From the NCBI GenBank assembly GCA_951406725.2, contig OX597819.1:107880001-107944000 (forward strand): 64,000 nucleotides of DNA. The letters are read 5' to 3'. The DNA is from Octopus vulgaris (lineage: Eukaryota). A program made the position numbers and the translations under genes. The notes beneath the pieces were generated by a model. That model saw nothing but the letters and a program-made list of their open reading frames with translations, was not told the origin of the DNA and made no database searches. Position 1 is the first letter of the stretch. Each line of letters opens with the position of its first letter. Positions 37,234 through 50,581 of this stretch are shown here, piece by piece.

Positions 37234-38079
37234 TCTTTATATATAAAAGAAAGGTTGTGTGTCTGTCTACTCCGATTTAGATTCCTAACTACTCCCACAT
37301 TTTGCGATGCAGTTTAACCAAAACCGAGTATCTTATAGTCGTGATTCATATCGAGCCCTTCTGGGTATTAGCGTGCGTCTACGATGAGTCTACGATTTTA
37401 CAAATAATTTACCATCATTTTCTCCCATTTTAATGCATATTTTTTTAATAAAGGGAAGTAACTCTCAAACTTCACACCAATATGCGTGCTCATATGCGAC
37501 GTAATATCACATCAGCAGCATTTCCTCACACCCTCCTTGCACTTGGCGAAGGCAAAATACCAGGGGATGAAAATGGTAATATTGCCATCGATTCCATTTG
37601 TACCATTGTTAAGACGCCTTCTGATCTCAGAGATGCAGTGTTCCAAGATCTACAAGCTAATTATCAGAATATGGATTGGATTGGCCAAAAGGCTATACTG
37701 GCCCCGAGGAATAAAACTGTTCACCATATTAATGATGAAATGCTAAAACTCATTCCTGGGGAAGTCTATGTATATCAGTCTATCAATACAACTCCTGACC
37801 CACAGGACGTCATCAACTATCCAATAGAGGTACTCAATTCCTTTGAGCACCCCGGACTAACACCACACATTCTCAAACTTAAAGTCGGTGCCCCTATAAT
37901 GCTCATCAGAAATTTGGTTCCCCCAAAACAATGCAATGGCACACGTTTGATCGTTAAGTCCTTATCTCCCAGCGTAAACTTATATCAATATTTACCTGAA
38001 TAATCATCATAATTCAGTGCAATCATTAACAGTACTTTCAAGCAATTCAGCCCCGAGCAACGCCGGGCAATTCTGCTAG
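37234..38079 (+). mobile_element. Internally deleted Helitron carrying a PIF1 helicase fragment
   Basis: A|TCTTTATATATAAAAG start, CCCGAGCAACGCCGGG hairpin, CTAG|T end; ORF 37482..38003 ILAPRN..LKLKVGAPIMLIRNL..CNGTRLIV is the PIF1 C-terminal region. Confidence 0.9.
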
Positions 38080-38113
38080 TATATATATATATGTGTGTGT
38101 GTATATATATTTA

Positions 38114-38158
<45 letters not shown>

Positions 38159-38270
38159 ATGCGTATATATATATATATATATACACACATATATATATTC
38201 ATTTACTATTTTATATATATATGTATAATCATAATCATTATCTTTTAAACGGACGGATGTTAAATGTTGA

Positions 38271-38301
<31 letters not shown>

Positions 38302-38382
38302 ACGTAGTAAATGAATATGTGTAATTAACACAAACCATCCATAAAAGACATTCTTTCAAATCTTTAAAGCCACCACTTCAGA

Positions 38383-39183
38383 AGTTTGCCATCCTGTGAA
38401 CAGGCCTTAAGCTCAATTCAGATGACTTTGTTAAGCTGCTGGAGACTGTGGTCAAACCTTGACTGGAAAGGGTTACTGCTGGAAGGCCATATGTGTGGCA
38501 GAAGGATTCGACTCTTTGCCATACCTCCAGAAATAGTCAGAAGTAATTGTCAGAGAAATTCTGTGACTTCACCAGCCTCAATTTCTGGCCCCTAACTCCC
38601 CTGATTGTAATCCCATGGATACTATGTATGAAGCATGGTTGAAAAAGACAGCATACACTCTGCCTGCACCACCAAGGCCAAATCAGTGGCTAAACTCAAG
38701 AAAGTGTTTGAAGATCTTCCTAGGGATACAATGAAGTATACATGTTCCAGTTCCAAGCTATCTTGAGGTTGTGGAAGCTGATGGCAGCTATTTTGTGTAA
38801 ACTAGTATCTCCCAGCTGTAACTGAGTTGATATTTTTTTATTGTGGCACACTGGCACCTGTGCTGGTGGCACGTGTAAAAAGATTCGAGCGAGGTCATTG
38901 CCAGTACTGCCTGACTGGCCCCCATGCTGGTGGCACATAAAAAGCACCCACTACACTCTCGGAGTGGTTGGCGTTAGGAAGGGCATCCAGCTGTAGAAAC
39001 TCTGCCAGATCAAGATTGGAGCCTGGTGCAGCCATCTGGTTTGCCAACCCTCAGTCAAAATCGTCCAACCCATGCTAGCAGACATTAAACGATGATGATG
39101 ATGATGATGATTTTTATTTTTGAATGGGTTATTTTGTTTCTTTTTTTAATGCAAACTGTCAAATTTAGGCCGAACACCTTGTA
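38383..39183 (+). mobile_element. maT/Tc1-like transposase relic with an RTE tail inserted at 38848-39110
   Basis: KLLETVVKP..YVWQKDS..FWPPNSPDCNPMDYYV; ends CCGAACACCTTGTA. Confidence 0.7.
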
Positions 39184-39620
39184 TAAATGCTAAAGGAGTC
39201 GTTGAGACTTGGCCAGTGCACTTGTGAGATTACTTGGTACTCTGCAAGACGAAAAACACTTTAACATACATTTGCCTCTGTATGACAACATGACCAAGAG
39301 GGTGAGAAGAAAGAATAATTACAGAAGATGAATTTGGGGTAAGAATATGATAGGAGAAATTGTATTTTTGAGGTGAGAGGACGGTAAAAGAGGGAGTAAT
39401 GGAAAAAAGAGACAGCAATGGTAGGAAGTAATGGAAGAGAGACTGTGATGGCGACTACATTTGCTGGAGAGAAAGAGAGATCAAGTGAGGGCCAATAATA
39501 GAAATGAGTGATGGTAAGAAAATGACGGCTGAGAAAAATGAATAGCTTTGAGAAGAGGAGTTGATAGTTGACAGTACAGAAAGATAATGATGGGGTGAAT
39601 CGGATACAAACAGTAGATAT

Positions 39621-39829
39621 AAGGTGACAAGCTGGCAGAAACGTTAGCACACTAGGTATTTCATCTGTCTTCACGTTCTGAGTTCAAATTCCGACTTTGC
39701 CTTTCATCCTTTTGGGGTCGATAAATTAAGTACCAGTTATGCACTGGGGTCGATGTCATTGACTTAATCCCTTTGTCTGTCCTTGTTTTCCCCCTCTATG
39801 TTTAGCCCCTTGTGGCCAATAATGAAATA
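39621..39829 (+). mobile_element. SINE family B monomer (internally deleted)
   Basis: AGCTGGCAGAAACGTTAGCAC..GCCTTTCATCC; TSD CAAACAGTAGAT. Confidence 0.85.
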
Positions 39830-40257
39830 CCAAACAGTAGATTTATTATGTATCCTAGCTTCCAATGCTGCTACCATTTCAACATACATTTTGCTGTTTG
39901 TCATAAATCATCGTAGTCTTTTTTTTATCTTGTTTGTTAGGTTCAGCATCATAAAGTCAGTTTACACCACTTTGCCCCAAGTATTCCTAGGTTTCCTCCT
40001 TCCACAGTTTCCATCTACTTGATTGTTTTGCACTTCTTTATTTAGTTGTCATTTAGCAACCTATAGCTCACCAACATTATACATCCAGTCGGGCATACTC
40101 ATTTCATTTCTTTCTGGTTTAGCAACCTATGTCTTGCTATCACCCAGCATTGCAGGTTCACACCCTAGTATCATGCAATATATTCTTCACTGTAAGAGAA
40201 AAAAAAGTCCACCTTACAAAGAAGCTTTCAGTTTTTCAAAAACTTTCATCTTTACAT

Positions 40258-41220
40258 ACATCATCATCATCATCATCATCATCGTTTAGCATCCGCTTTC
40301 CATGCTAGCATGGGTTGGACGGGTCAACTGGGGTCTGTGAAGCTGGAAGGCTTCATCAGGCCCAGTCAGATCTGGCAGTGTTTCTACGGCTGGATGCCCT
40401 GTTTTTTTTTAATTGTTTACCATTTTTGTTTACATTCTTGTCACCTTATTTTAGTTATACTGGACTCTTTTACTTGTTTCAGTCATTTGACTGTGGCCAT
40501 GCTGGAGCACCGTCTTTAGTCGAGCAAAACGACCCCAGAACTTATTCTTTGGAAGCCTAGTACTTATTCTACCATTCTCTTTTGCCGAACTGCTAAGTTA
40601 CAGGGACGTAAACACACCACCATCGATTGTCAAGCAATGGTGGGGGGTACAAACGCAGACACACAAACATATACAGACACATACACATATACATATATAC
40701 GACGGGCTGCTTTCAGCTTCCATCTACCAAATCCACTCACAAGGCTTTGGCCAGCCCAAGGCTATAGTAGAAGACACTTGCCCAAGGAACAAACCCGGAA
40801 CCATGTGGTTGGTAAGCAAGCTGTTTACCACACAGCCACTCCTGTGCCTATAAATATTTATAATTATATATATATATCATTATCCTCATCATCATCACAT
40901 CATCTTCATCATCGTTTAATGCTCGTTTAATGCTCGTTTTCCATGCTAGCATGTGTTGGACGGTTTGATCGGGGTCTAGGAAGCCAGGAGGCTGCACCAG
41001 GCTCCAGTCTGATCTGGCAGTGTTTCTACAGCTGTATGCCCTTCCTAATGTCAACCACTCCGTAAGTTTGGTGGGTGCTTTTTACCTGCCACCGGCACAG
41101 GGGCCAGGGGTGGCTGGCAACGGCCACAATCGGTTGGTGCTTTTTACATGCCACTGGCACAGGGGCCAGGGGAGGCTGGCATTGGCCACGATCAGTTGGT
41201 GCTTTTTTCTTGCCACCGGA
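40258..41220 (-). mobile_element. Cluster: RTE tail (40258-40400), SINE family C (40466-40850), RTE tail/3'-UTR (40885-41220)
   Basis: Homology to the 33558 and 15478 copies. Confidence 0.8.
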
Positions 41221-41250
<30 letters not shown>

Positions 41251-41251
<1 letters not shown>

Positions 41252-43442
41252 CATGGCTTGGCTTAGCGAACGAAGATCAGGAAGGCTGTCCACATTGCGT
41301 GCATGCACGCTCATGACTGACTAGTCCGATATGGGAAAGGCAGGTCCGTGAGCAGTGTCCACAGAAGAAGGTAACATCCTGTGTGGTGTCAGAGGCAGCT
41401 CGCGCCTTCCTCCTGCATCTCTTGTCTTTAAGTGTGTCTCTTCTTTGTTCCTCAAACTTGTTGACTGCATTGAAGATCGTGTGGCACCAGACATCAAGGT
41501 CCGCAGCCAAGTCTGACCAGCATTGGTCGTTAATATGACATGCTGTTAGAGACTTCTTGAGGCAGTCTTTGTAGCGCTTCCTCAGAGCTCCTCTCACACG
41601 GTGGCCGGTGGAGAGTTCGCCAAACTGGGCAATCTTAGGAAGGCAATAGTTCTCCATTCTGGAGACATGCCCTGCCCATCGGAGGTGGGACTTCAGTAGC
41701 ATGGCTTCAATGCTGGGGATCTCGGCCCGCTCCAAGACTTCAATGTTTGTGACGAAATCACTCCAGTGAATGTTGAGGATGGTGCGGAGACATCGTTGGT
41801 GGAAGCGCTCGAGGAGACGGATGTAACTGCGGTAAGTGATCCAGGTCTCTGAACCATAGAGAAGAGTGGTGAGAACAACGGCCCTGTAGACACTGATCTT
41901 TGTTTTGTTCTTCAGGTTATTATTGTGCCAAACACGTTTGTACAATCTACCAAAGGACCTATTTGCCTTAGAGAGTCTATTTTCAATTTCTTTGTCGATC
42001 CTTGCATCGAATGAGATGATGCAGCCCAGGTATGTAAACTGCTGAGTTGATTTCAGTTTGGTACCACATATAGTGATGTGGGGTGGGTGGTAATCCTCTT
42101 GGGGTGTAGGTTGGTGAAGTACCTCCGTCTTCTTGAGGCTGACTGCCAGGCCAAAGAGCCGTGAGGCATCTGCAAGGCAGGACGTGATGCGCTGCAGAGC
42201 TCGCTCTGTATGGGCAACAAGGACAGCGTCGTCTATGAAGAGAAGGTCTTGGATCAGCCTCTCCTGGGTCTTGGTGTGGGCTTGGAGGCACTATAGATTG
42301 AAAAGGCTGCTATCCAGACGATACCTAACACACCCCATCCTCATCCTCCATTTCTTCAGTTGCATGCTTGATCATCATGCTGAAGAAGATGCTGAAGAGA
42401 GTTGGTGCTAGGACACAACCCTGCTTCATGCCGTTGGAGATGGGGAAGGGCTCCGACAGGTCACCATTGAGTCTTATCTGACCACACTGATTCACGTGCA
42501 GCTAGATCACCATCTGTAGAAACTTGGTGGGACAGCCAGGTCGTTCCAGGATGAGCCATAGTTCTGTTCTGCTCACTGTGTCAAATGCTTTTGTGAGGTC
42601 GACAAAAGCAGCACAGAGTCCCCTGTTTTGTTCTTGGCATTTTTCCTGGAGTTGGCAGAGGACGAACACCATATCCGTTGTGCCTCTGTTGGCTCTGAGG
42701 CCACACTGGCTCTTGGGGAGGTTTTCTTCAGCGATGGTTGATACTAGCCTATTGAGCAGGATCCTGGCAAGTACTTTGCCAGCAATGGAGAGTAGGGTGA
42801 TTCCCCAGTAGTTGAAGCAGTCAGACTTTTCACCCTTGTTCTTGTACAGGGTTATGATGACGGTGTCGCGAAGATCCTGTGGCAGCTTGCTCTGCTCCCA
42901 GCAGCAGACAAGAAAATCATGGAGCATTGGACCTCCATTCTTCCAGATTTTTGGTGGGACGCCGTCAACTCCTGCTGCTTTGTGACTCTTGAGTTTTCCT
43001 ATGGCTTCAATCGTTTCTTCGAGGGTGGGTGGTTTGTTGAGCTCCTCTTTGAGTGGAAGTTGAGGAATGCGAAGGATGGCAGCGTCCTGTATGGTACGGT
43101 TAGCACTGAAGAGGCTTTGGAAGTGCTCAGACCAGCGAGCGAGGATGGAGGTGTTATCGGGGAGGTCCTGTCCATCTGAACTGTGCAGGGGGACTCTGGT
43201 AGGTGGGGCCATACACTGCTTTCAGAGCCTCATAAAAGCCTCTATAGTCTCTGAGGTTCTCCATGCCAGGTGGTTCCACCACTCGTTCTGCATTTCTCTG
43301 AGTTTTCGCTGTAGGGTGCTGCATGCGCGTTGAAAGGTAGTTTTCTTTACAGGACAGGCTGGTTGTGTGAGGTGGGCCTAATGTGCTGCCCTCTTCCTTG
43401 CTAGTAATTCCTGGATCTCCTTGTCATTTTCATCGAACCAGA
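41251..43442 (-). mobile_element. RTE/BovB-like LINE, 5'-truncated and frameshifted
   Basis: LYKNKGEKSDCFNYWGITLLSIAGK, AAFVDLTKAFDTV, LLFIDD, LLYGSETW, LRWAGHV, C-terminal CGHC..H..C finger. Confidence 0.92.
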
Positions 43443-43459
43443 AGCTGAGGACTACTGAA

Positions 43460-43720
43460 GATCTGTATGGAAAACAATTGAGGAAATCAGTGAACAAACT
43501 GTATGACTAAAAGAACTCATGCTGGACTACTGCCAGCATGTTTAGCAAAAACATTATGAAATAGTTGGTGAAATATTGAAAGCTGTTCTAGAAAAAATGG
43601 GAAAGAAGAAATCTCCAGACCTAGGCCTAATAACAAGTTACTGGCTGAAGAATTTTACCTTTTATTGGCAAGATCTCATATGCCAAGCTGTTGACATGGT
43701 CAATCCCTTCTATGATTTGT
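43460..43720 (+). mobile_element. R4/Dong-like non-LTR RT N-terminal relic
   Basis: KKSPDLGLITSYWLKNF resembles the KSPGPDxIxxxWxK motif. Confidence 0.5.
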
Positions 43721-44302
43721 GTTTTACATGCCAAGTACCGAAGTTCTTGGGGAAAAATGCATCTCCTTAATTTATACACTACAAATGATCATGTTATACA
43801 AATTTTCAAGACCTTAAGATTTAAAGATGATGAACAAAACAAGATACTCTCTTTCACAACCTTGCTACCAAGCAGGTGGCCAGTTTGTCAGGAGTCTGTG
43901 AGGGGCTCCACACTAAAAGTGAATGGAATTATGAAGAGCTTTATATAACAAAAGTAAATAAAAGAATAACAATATGTTTTATAAGCTATCCACAGTCCAA
44001 TACAAATAGTTAGAATTGCATTTCATTAACCTGGGGAATTGATTGTTCCTGTTTCCAAATATTTAGCACTGCCAGGTGTGACATACTAAACTACCCCAAA
44101 ATTTTTTTAAATATAAAATAGCTGGAGATGGGGGCCATATGTTTTTAAAACTGAACATTCAGACCATCTTTGCTATAGTACATTTGTTGAAAAAATTAAT
44201 AATAATAATGATAATAGAAATAATACAAATGATGTTAATAAATGCATAATGGTTTAACATCTGAATACCTGGACAAGTCTTTATGTTACCTTTATTTTTC
44301 TG

Positions 44303-45164
44303 TTATTGAAGCCTATTATGAACATTACTGTTGTTTCTCAGTTTGGAAACTGATTTATATATACCCTGCAGACATGGTACTGCTGCTTCTGGTCTATTAT
44401 CATGATCACATACCGCCACAAGGAATGGGTTTTTCCAATATGACTTCAAAATGGAACCAAAATATTTGGATGCTTGAACTCGATGGTTTTGGCAATTTTG
44501 TTTGATGCCTAACTTTTCTGACAATACACCATTCCAAACATCATCTGGCATGAGCATTTTGTTCTTCAACGATGCCAGATAGAGTTTGTTGATTACATTA
44601 ATATGTGCTATGTAACCAACACCATGACAATATATAGGATAGTTCTTCCCTTGATACAACATTTTCTGACCGAGATCACGGAATTTTTTGTATTTGTTAT
44701 GCTTTGATATTCCATCGCCAAGGCAAAAACAAAATGCAAAATGATTATCATAATCAACTTGAGACAAATCATAATGAAGAAATGGCAGAAGTTTGATCTG
44801 GTCAACAAAAAGTTCATCATTTGATACCATAACATATTCCACATTGGCACAAAACTCCACACTCCACTTCCATGCCATAAGTGTCTTTAAGTAGACATTA
44901 GCATAAGATTCAGGGAAATCATCCTGGATAATATCTCTGTATATTCTACTCTCCTCACGGATGAGCGATTCAGTTGTATAATTATTTGTATTGGCGAAAA
45001 GAAAAACATGTTTGACAACAATGTCTTTTGAGAAAGAATCATATGGAATATCCTGGAAAATTTTTCTTAGTACTTTTCGTCGATCCAAATGGCTGTAAAT
45101 TGTACGAACAGTATAAAGAAGGAATACTTTTTCATATTGACTGCAAAGAACTGGTTCATTGATG
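44303..45164 (-). CDS. GT31 beta-1,3-galactosyltransferase-family gene, exon 2 distal part (catalytic domain)
   Basis: INEPVLC..RRKVLR..VFLF..EESRIYRDIIQDDFPESYANVYLKT..YPIYCHGVGY..DDVWNG Galactosyl_T motifs; no internal stops. Confidence 0.88.
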
Positions 45165-46399
45165 TGTTACGGAATCACCCGTCGTCGTCGCTCGTCCCGA
45201 ATGGCTCACACAAGTTCCACCACGGAACCCAAAGAGGCGGAGAGAGGAGATACAGATAGATACTGCCACAACCTCAACAGCACAGAGATACAGAGGCACA
45301 ACCCGAGATACAACCCAAAGAGGCAAGGCAACAACTGGCAACACTGGCTTATATTCAAACAACAGTTTATGCGACAATCAATTGCTACACATCAAATACA
45401 TTTAAGGCAAACAACAAATCAATACATCATACGGTATACCACAGATCAAAGCATTTAACAACATGCATGTAACAATATAACAGTGTTCAGTAACGACACA
45501 ACAAGTCCAGATCAAATAATGTTCACGATACGTCACAGTCCAATCAGAACACTTCGATACATTATACAATGTTCGTATCACAACAATTCACGTTACAATT
45601 CAACAAGTCCTTTACTCAATTCACAATGTTCTTTTATCGACCACATCGACAGAGTCCTTAACTGTTCTTTTCACACATATCACATACCTTAATTCCTAAC
45701 TGAATCGCCAGTGTCCCATTCTGCACTCATCTCTTAATACTGCTAAATCCTCTGAATACTCTGCTAATTCCCCTCTGTGCATATTCCAATCGCTTGCTCC
45801 TAGGCCTCCTCGCATCCCAGCTCGCTCCCAGGAATTCCAACGCTTGCTCCTTAAATCCAAGGTTCCATCCACTCGCTCTGACCTCCAGAGTCCGTCTGTC
45901 TTCTTCAAGGACCGGCCAGCGACTGCAAGATCCGTCTGTGTACCTCGACGACCGCTCAACGACCGCCCAGAACCTCACTTCCTTGTCCTGACTTCCACTT
46001 CCTCATCTCCCTCTGTACCGCTCACACCCTCTCTAACTGCCCTAGTCCTTATACCCTATCTATATCGCCTGCTGTCTCTTAGCCTTTCTATTTGCTATCT
46101 GATTCCTTACTCTATCTATATTTGCCCTCTGCTCTTACTCTATCTCTATTTGCTCTCAGCCCTTAATCTGTCCCTTTTCTCTTACTGTCAATACCCTCTC
46201 CATCTGTTCTTAGATTCCCTTAATCTGTCTTCCTCTTTCACTGCTTCACTGACCCTTTCTTATCAACCACACGAGGTCACAGGTCATTCCAAAACCCATC
46301 AGTCCTCCATTAGACAAAGAACCCGTCACATTTCACCAGACATCATGGTGCCATTATTCCCATGTGGGTCACCAGAAATGCACCTAGCCAACCGTAACA
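45165..46399. mobile_element. Solo LTR (Gypsy-type), 1235 bp, inserted in the GT31 exon
   Basis: Termini TGTTACGG / CCGTAACA; 4-bp TSD GATG at 45161-45164 and 46400-46403. Confidence 0.9.
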
Positions 46400-46566
46400 G
46401 ATGAGATTTTTAAAGTCATATTCATATGGCTGCGGGTTGTCATAGTAACGTTTATCAACTTTTGATCCTTTTGGTTGTGATCGAAGAATGATCTCTGTAT
46501 TTTTTAAGGTTTCTCTTCTTTCATTAAAATAAGTCAAAGAATGATCCTTTGGTGAATGAAAAGCAT
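46400..46566 (-). CDS. GT31 gene, exon 2 proximal part (stem region)
   Basis: Acceptor TTACTTTTGCTTTCCAG| before 46566; (D)AFHSPKD..YEYDFKNLI joins NEPVLC in frame once the LTR and one TSD are removed. Confidence 0.8.
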
Positions 46567-47426
46567 CTGGAAAGCAAAAGTAAAGTATATACATTAAGAA
46601 TTGTTGAAAATTTCGTCTAGCCACATGATTCACAAAGCAATTTCAAATTCAAAGCTTGTAGTGTTTTACTGGTATTCAGTTGTAGCAAAACCTAAAATCG
46701 AAACCATACATGTCTAGTAAGATATGCCCTGAATACCAACCAATCAGCTTGTTGTTACCGAGTGTAGAGGGGTTATAAAAGAGAAAGCATGCCAGAATCA
46801 GTGCAGAAGTTTGAGAAGATTTCAGAGATTTATGAATATAGGATTTTTGGTCACTGTTCGACCTTTGTTTTCAACGCACTTTTCTAAGCATATACCATGA
46901 ACACAATATCCTCACTTCTCACCATACAAATAAGTAGCCAGCCAATTCTTAGTAATATATACATCAGAGATGCACATCGAATGCTCAAGCAAGCCCTTAA
47001 ATGGATGTTTCCTTGGTTATAGCCCAATCCTGGGTTAAATGAATTGTTAGCTATGATTAACAGAGTATTTTTCCTGACATCCATGTGAAGCCAATCTTTT
47101 CTCTCTTATTAATGTGCATAAGAACTACATTTGCACACCACAATACACTACTGGCAAGCCACTACATAATTATTTAAACATTGTGATATACTTCTGTAAA
47201 AATAAGTATTATTTGAACAACATTGGAATTGGTTTTATTATGGGACACCATGCTGTCTTAACATCATTCCAATATATCAAGACCTATTCAACCAATCCAC
47301 ACAATGTTTTGATAATTGCTCACCCAGAGTTGTAAATAAACAAATAACTAGCTAAATAAATAAATGTTGGATTTAACATTCAAGAAATTTCAATTATCCA
47401 TTGTTGTAGCTAAGAAAGTAACTTAC

Positions 47427-47493
47427 CATGAAATATCCAGTATACATACAGCAAAATACAAATTGTGATTAAAGTCTTTTTTTTAAGGTACAT
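47427..47493 (-). CDS. GT31 gene, first coding exon (type II membrane anchor)
   Basis: MYLKKKTLITICILLYVYWIFH + G|GTAAGT phase-1 donor matching the phase-1 acceptor; preceded by acceptor TTCTTTGACAG. Confidence 0.75.
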
Positions 47494-48741
47494 TTCTGTC
47501 AAAGAATATAAAAGAAAATCTTTAAAACAATATAGAAATTAGGAAGATTAAAATGTAAAATTTAAAGTTGCTTTGTCTATGACACATGTTATATTACATA
47601 TCAATTTATGAATTTATACATAAATAAAAAGCAGTTTGATGGGCCCGTGTAGTATGGTCATAACATGGAAACAGAGCTAACATGCTACAATACAGTATTT
47701 GATATACCCTAAAGAGGTGCATACTATCTGATTCTAGGGGGATATGTACATTTTCAAACAGTCAAGATGTTTAGTGGAAGAGTGTAGACCGGAGACAGTA
47801 GATTGTAAAGTGTACTTTAAAGATTTGTTGCAACTTTTAGTAGAAAAGGTTAAGTGGTGTACGATAACAACATATGAACAGTGGTTGCATGAGAAGAATT
47901 TTACTGAGATTGGTTGGATTATCTTACAGGTTTCATTTCAGTAAGTCAGATGTACAGCAAAGCTGACAGCAGATTAGAACCATGTCTAATTATGTAAGCC
48001 AGGGTGTCATGGTGCTTCTGGACAAGGATGCACATAAAGGGGGTTTGTTGGTAATACTAAGCCTTTAAATCTGCTGAATGTGTAGTTCTCACTTTTATAC
48101 TCAGAATAGCACAAGCTTGTGCAATTTGTGGCATATCTTTTGAGAACACACACTACACTGCTGAAAACAATCTAAAGAGTTTTGATGATAAGTCTGGTTC
48201 CAGTTGTTTGTCAATCAACTTTGATTAATCTAAAGTTTTCAGTAGACTCAAAAATCATTATATGATTGTTGTTTTAAACGCAACAGTTATCAGATACAAG
48301 ATCACTTTCTAATACAGCAGCACCTGTCCATAGGTTAAATAAATGACCACCTATTGGAAATATTTGAAATCAATCACTCCATTACATCCTCAGTTCCTTT
48401 AAGATACCCCTTACTGCATTCAATATGTTCTGGCTCTTGATCCTCTGCTCTAGAAATGAGATGAGTTTAGTGACATTCCAATGGAACTAGCTACATCTAC
48501 ATATGTCAATGACATTCCCATCATGATATCAAAGGCAATGGAAATTGAAGTAATATGCACCAAACTTGAAAAAGGTGTACATAATAACAAAAAGAAATGA
48601 TGATGATGATAACGATGGCGGCGGCAACAACAAAAGATCAAAGCAATTCAGTACAAAGTGAAGAAAGGATTATCGTTGTTATTATTATTAAGGCAGTGAG
48701 CTGGCAGAATCATCAGTGCGCTGGACAAAAGGTTCTACCCC

Positions 48742-48876
48742 ACAACGTACATCGCATCCGTCATCTATTACCGCTTGACCGTCGTCCCTTGTCCCAACCA
48801 CTGGTTGGCCAAGTTGGTACACCTGCTCTTTGACTTTTTGTGGAAGGGTCAGGTGCCAATGGTCAGGAGATCCATC
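48742..48876 (+). mobile_element. L1/Tx1-like LINE RT C-terminal fragment
   Basis: TYIASVIYYRLTVVPCPNHWLAKLVHLLFDFLWKGQVPMVRRSI. Confidence 0.55.
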
Positions 48877-49696
48877 TTTAACCCGAAAAGTTGTTTGTCT
48901 GGTTTTGGCATTGAGAACGGGTTAAAGGCCACTAGATCCCGTCGGATTGACTCCAAAATTTACAGGGACATGTAAAATGAGGTGAGGATGCCAGTGGGCT
49001 AGGTTAGAAATCCCCATCTTAAAAGGTGTCGTTGCTAGGGCCAAAAACGCACTTTGACAAGTCTACTCTCATTCTTTTATGTATCTGTCTTCCTCCGTCA
49101 CTCACTCTCTTTCCTCCCTTCCCATCACTTTCTATATATAACGTCGTTTCACAGCGTCTAACTCCCCTTCACTTTCTCTTTATAACGTCGTCAAACAGCG
49201 TTCTATACCTCCTCCCCCTCCCCGCTTTCGACAGCGCTTTCACACACTCTCTCTGTCTACGTCTGTCTGCATTCATAAACAGAATTATCATCATCACCAC
49301 CACCACCACCACACAATCATGAGAACAAATATTATGAATCAGATATTTATCGGGTTAATTTATATGTGTGTGTGTGTGTTCTATATATATATATAATGTA
49401 TATATACAAAGTGTATATATCTGTATTTATGTATATTAAACTTTTTAATACTTTTTGATAGTTATATATATTTTTTAAAAAATTATAAATATAAATTAAT
49501 AATTTTAATTTTAAATTTAAATAATTTAAATTTTTCAATTTTATATTTTATATATTTTGTATATTATATTTTTATTTTTATGTTTTGGTTTATGTTTTTC
49601 ACTGTTTGATTTGCCTAATAGTGGTTTTATCTCTAATTTAATTTATATATATATATATATATATATAATTTGTATACATTTGTATATATAATGCGT

Positions 49697-49754
<58 letters not shown>

Positions 49755-49765
<11 letters not shown>

Positions 49766-50096
49766 GTGTGCATTATGTGGTCGGTTGTGCTGAAAATATG
49801 CACACCTATGTTAATAGTGCTGGCGGGTTTGCATGGCAACTATTTTTTTCCTCAAATGAAAGGCGTGACCTCTAGGACAAAATTCCTCATCTTATAAAAT
49901 GTGACCCGAGTAGACCCGAATGAAATCGGGTTATATTAACCAAAATGTGCTTTTTACGTGCCACCGGCACAGAAGCCAGTCAAGGCGGAGCTGCAATCGG
50001 CCACGTTCAGATGGTGCTTTTTACGTGCCGAAAGGATGCAACAGAAAATAACAACCACACTCTTATCCGCGCGTAGAGCGGGTCACCTTAAGCTAG
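49755..50096 (+). mobile_element. Helitron-like element between TA runs
   Basis: 3' hairpin CCGCGCGTAGAGCGG + GTCACCTTAAG-CTAG|T; 5' end lost in (TA)n. Confidence 0.55.
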
Positions 50097-50435
50097 TATA
50101 TATATATATATAATGAACCATTTCTTAAACATACACGATATAGTCTAAAAATTTGGGATGTTTTTGAAAGATAATATATTTTATCATCAGAATATATATA
50201 CTTTCTCACACTATAATTAAGATATATTTATTTTAAATCGTTCATCTTTCTCCCCCACACACGCAAAAATTAGTTTAGACGCGGAAAACTTTTATTTTTA
50301 TTTTTTCTTAAAACGCTGGTATGAAGCTGTAAAACTTTGAGAAAGAGAGGGTAGAGAGAGTGTTGAGAGAGATCAGAAACAAAAATTAGAACGCGACATT
50401 TGCTGACCTGTCGTAATTGCTTAATTGCAATTCCA

Positions 50436-50581
50436 GGGGTGCTAATGTAGATTTGCACCTCACCTAGACAAAATGCATTTTTCTGAAAAAGTTTATTTGG
50501 AGTCCTAGGTTTTATATGTCAGAATAAACTTTTTCAGAAAAATACATTTCTGAAGGGGAGGTGTGAATTTGCATTAGCCCC
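50436..50581. repeat. ~146-bp imperfect palindrome (MITE-like)
   Basis: GGGGTGCTAATG..GCACCTC..TTTTTCTGAAAAAGTTTATT / AATAAACTTTTTCAGAAAAA..GAGGTGTG..GCATTAGCCCC. Confidence 0.7.

Noticed and set aside
45156-46404. ORFs inside the solo LTR
   Set aside because: Low-complexity, no recognisable domain
46567-46633. GTG-initiated N-terminus of ORF 46343..46633
   Set aside because: Intronic: a polypyrimidine tract and CAG acceptor precede 46566, and the real start is probably 47493
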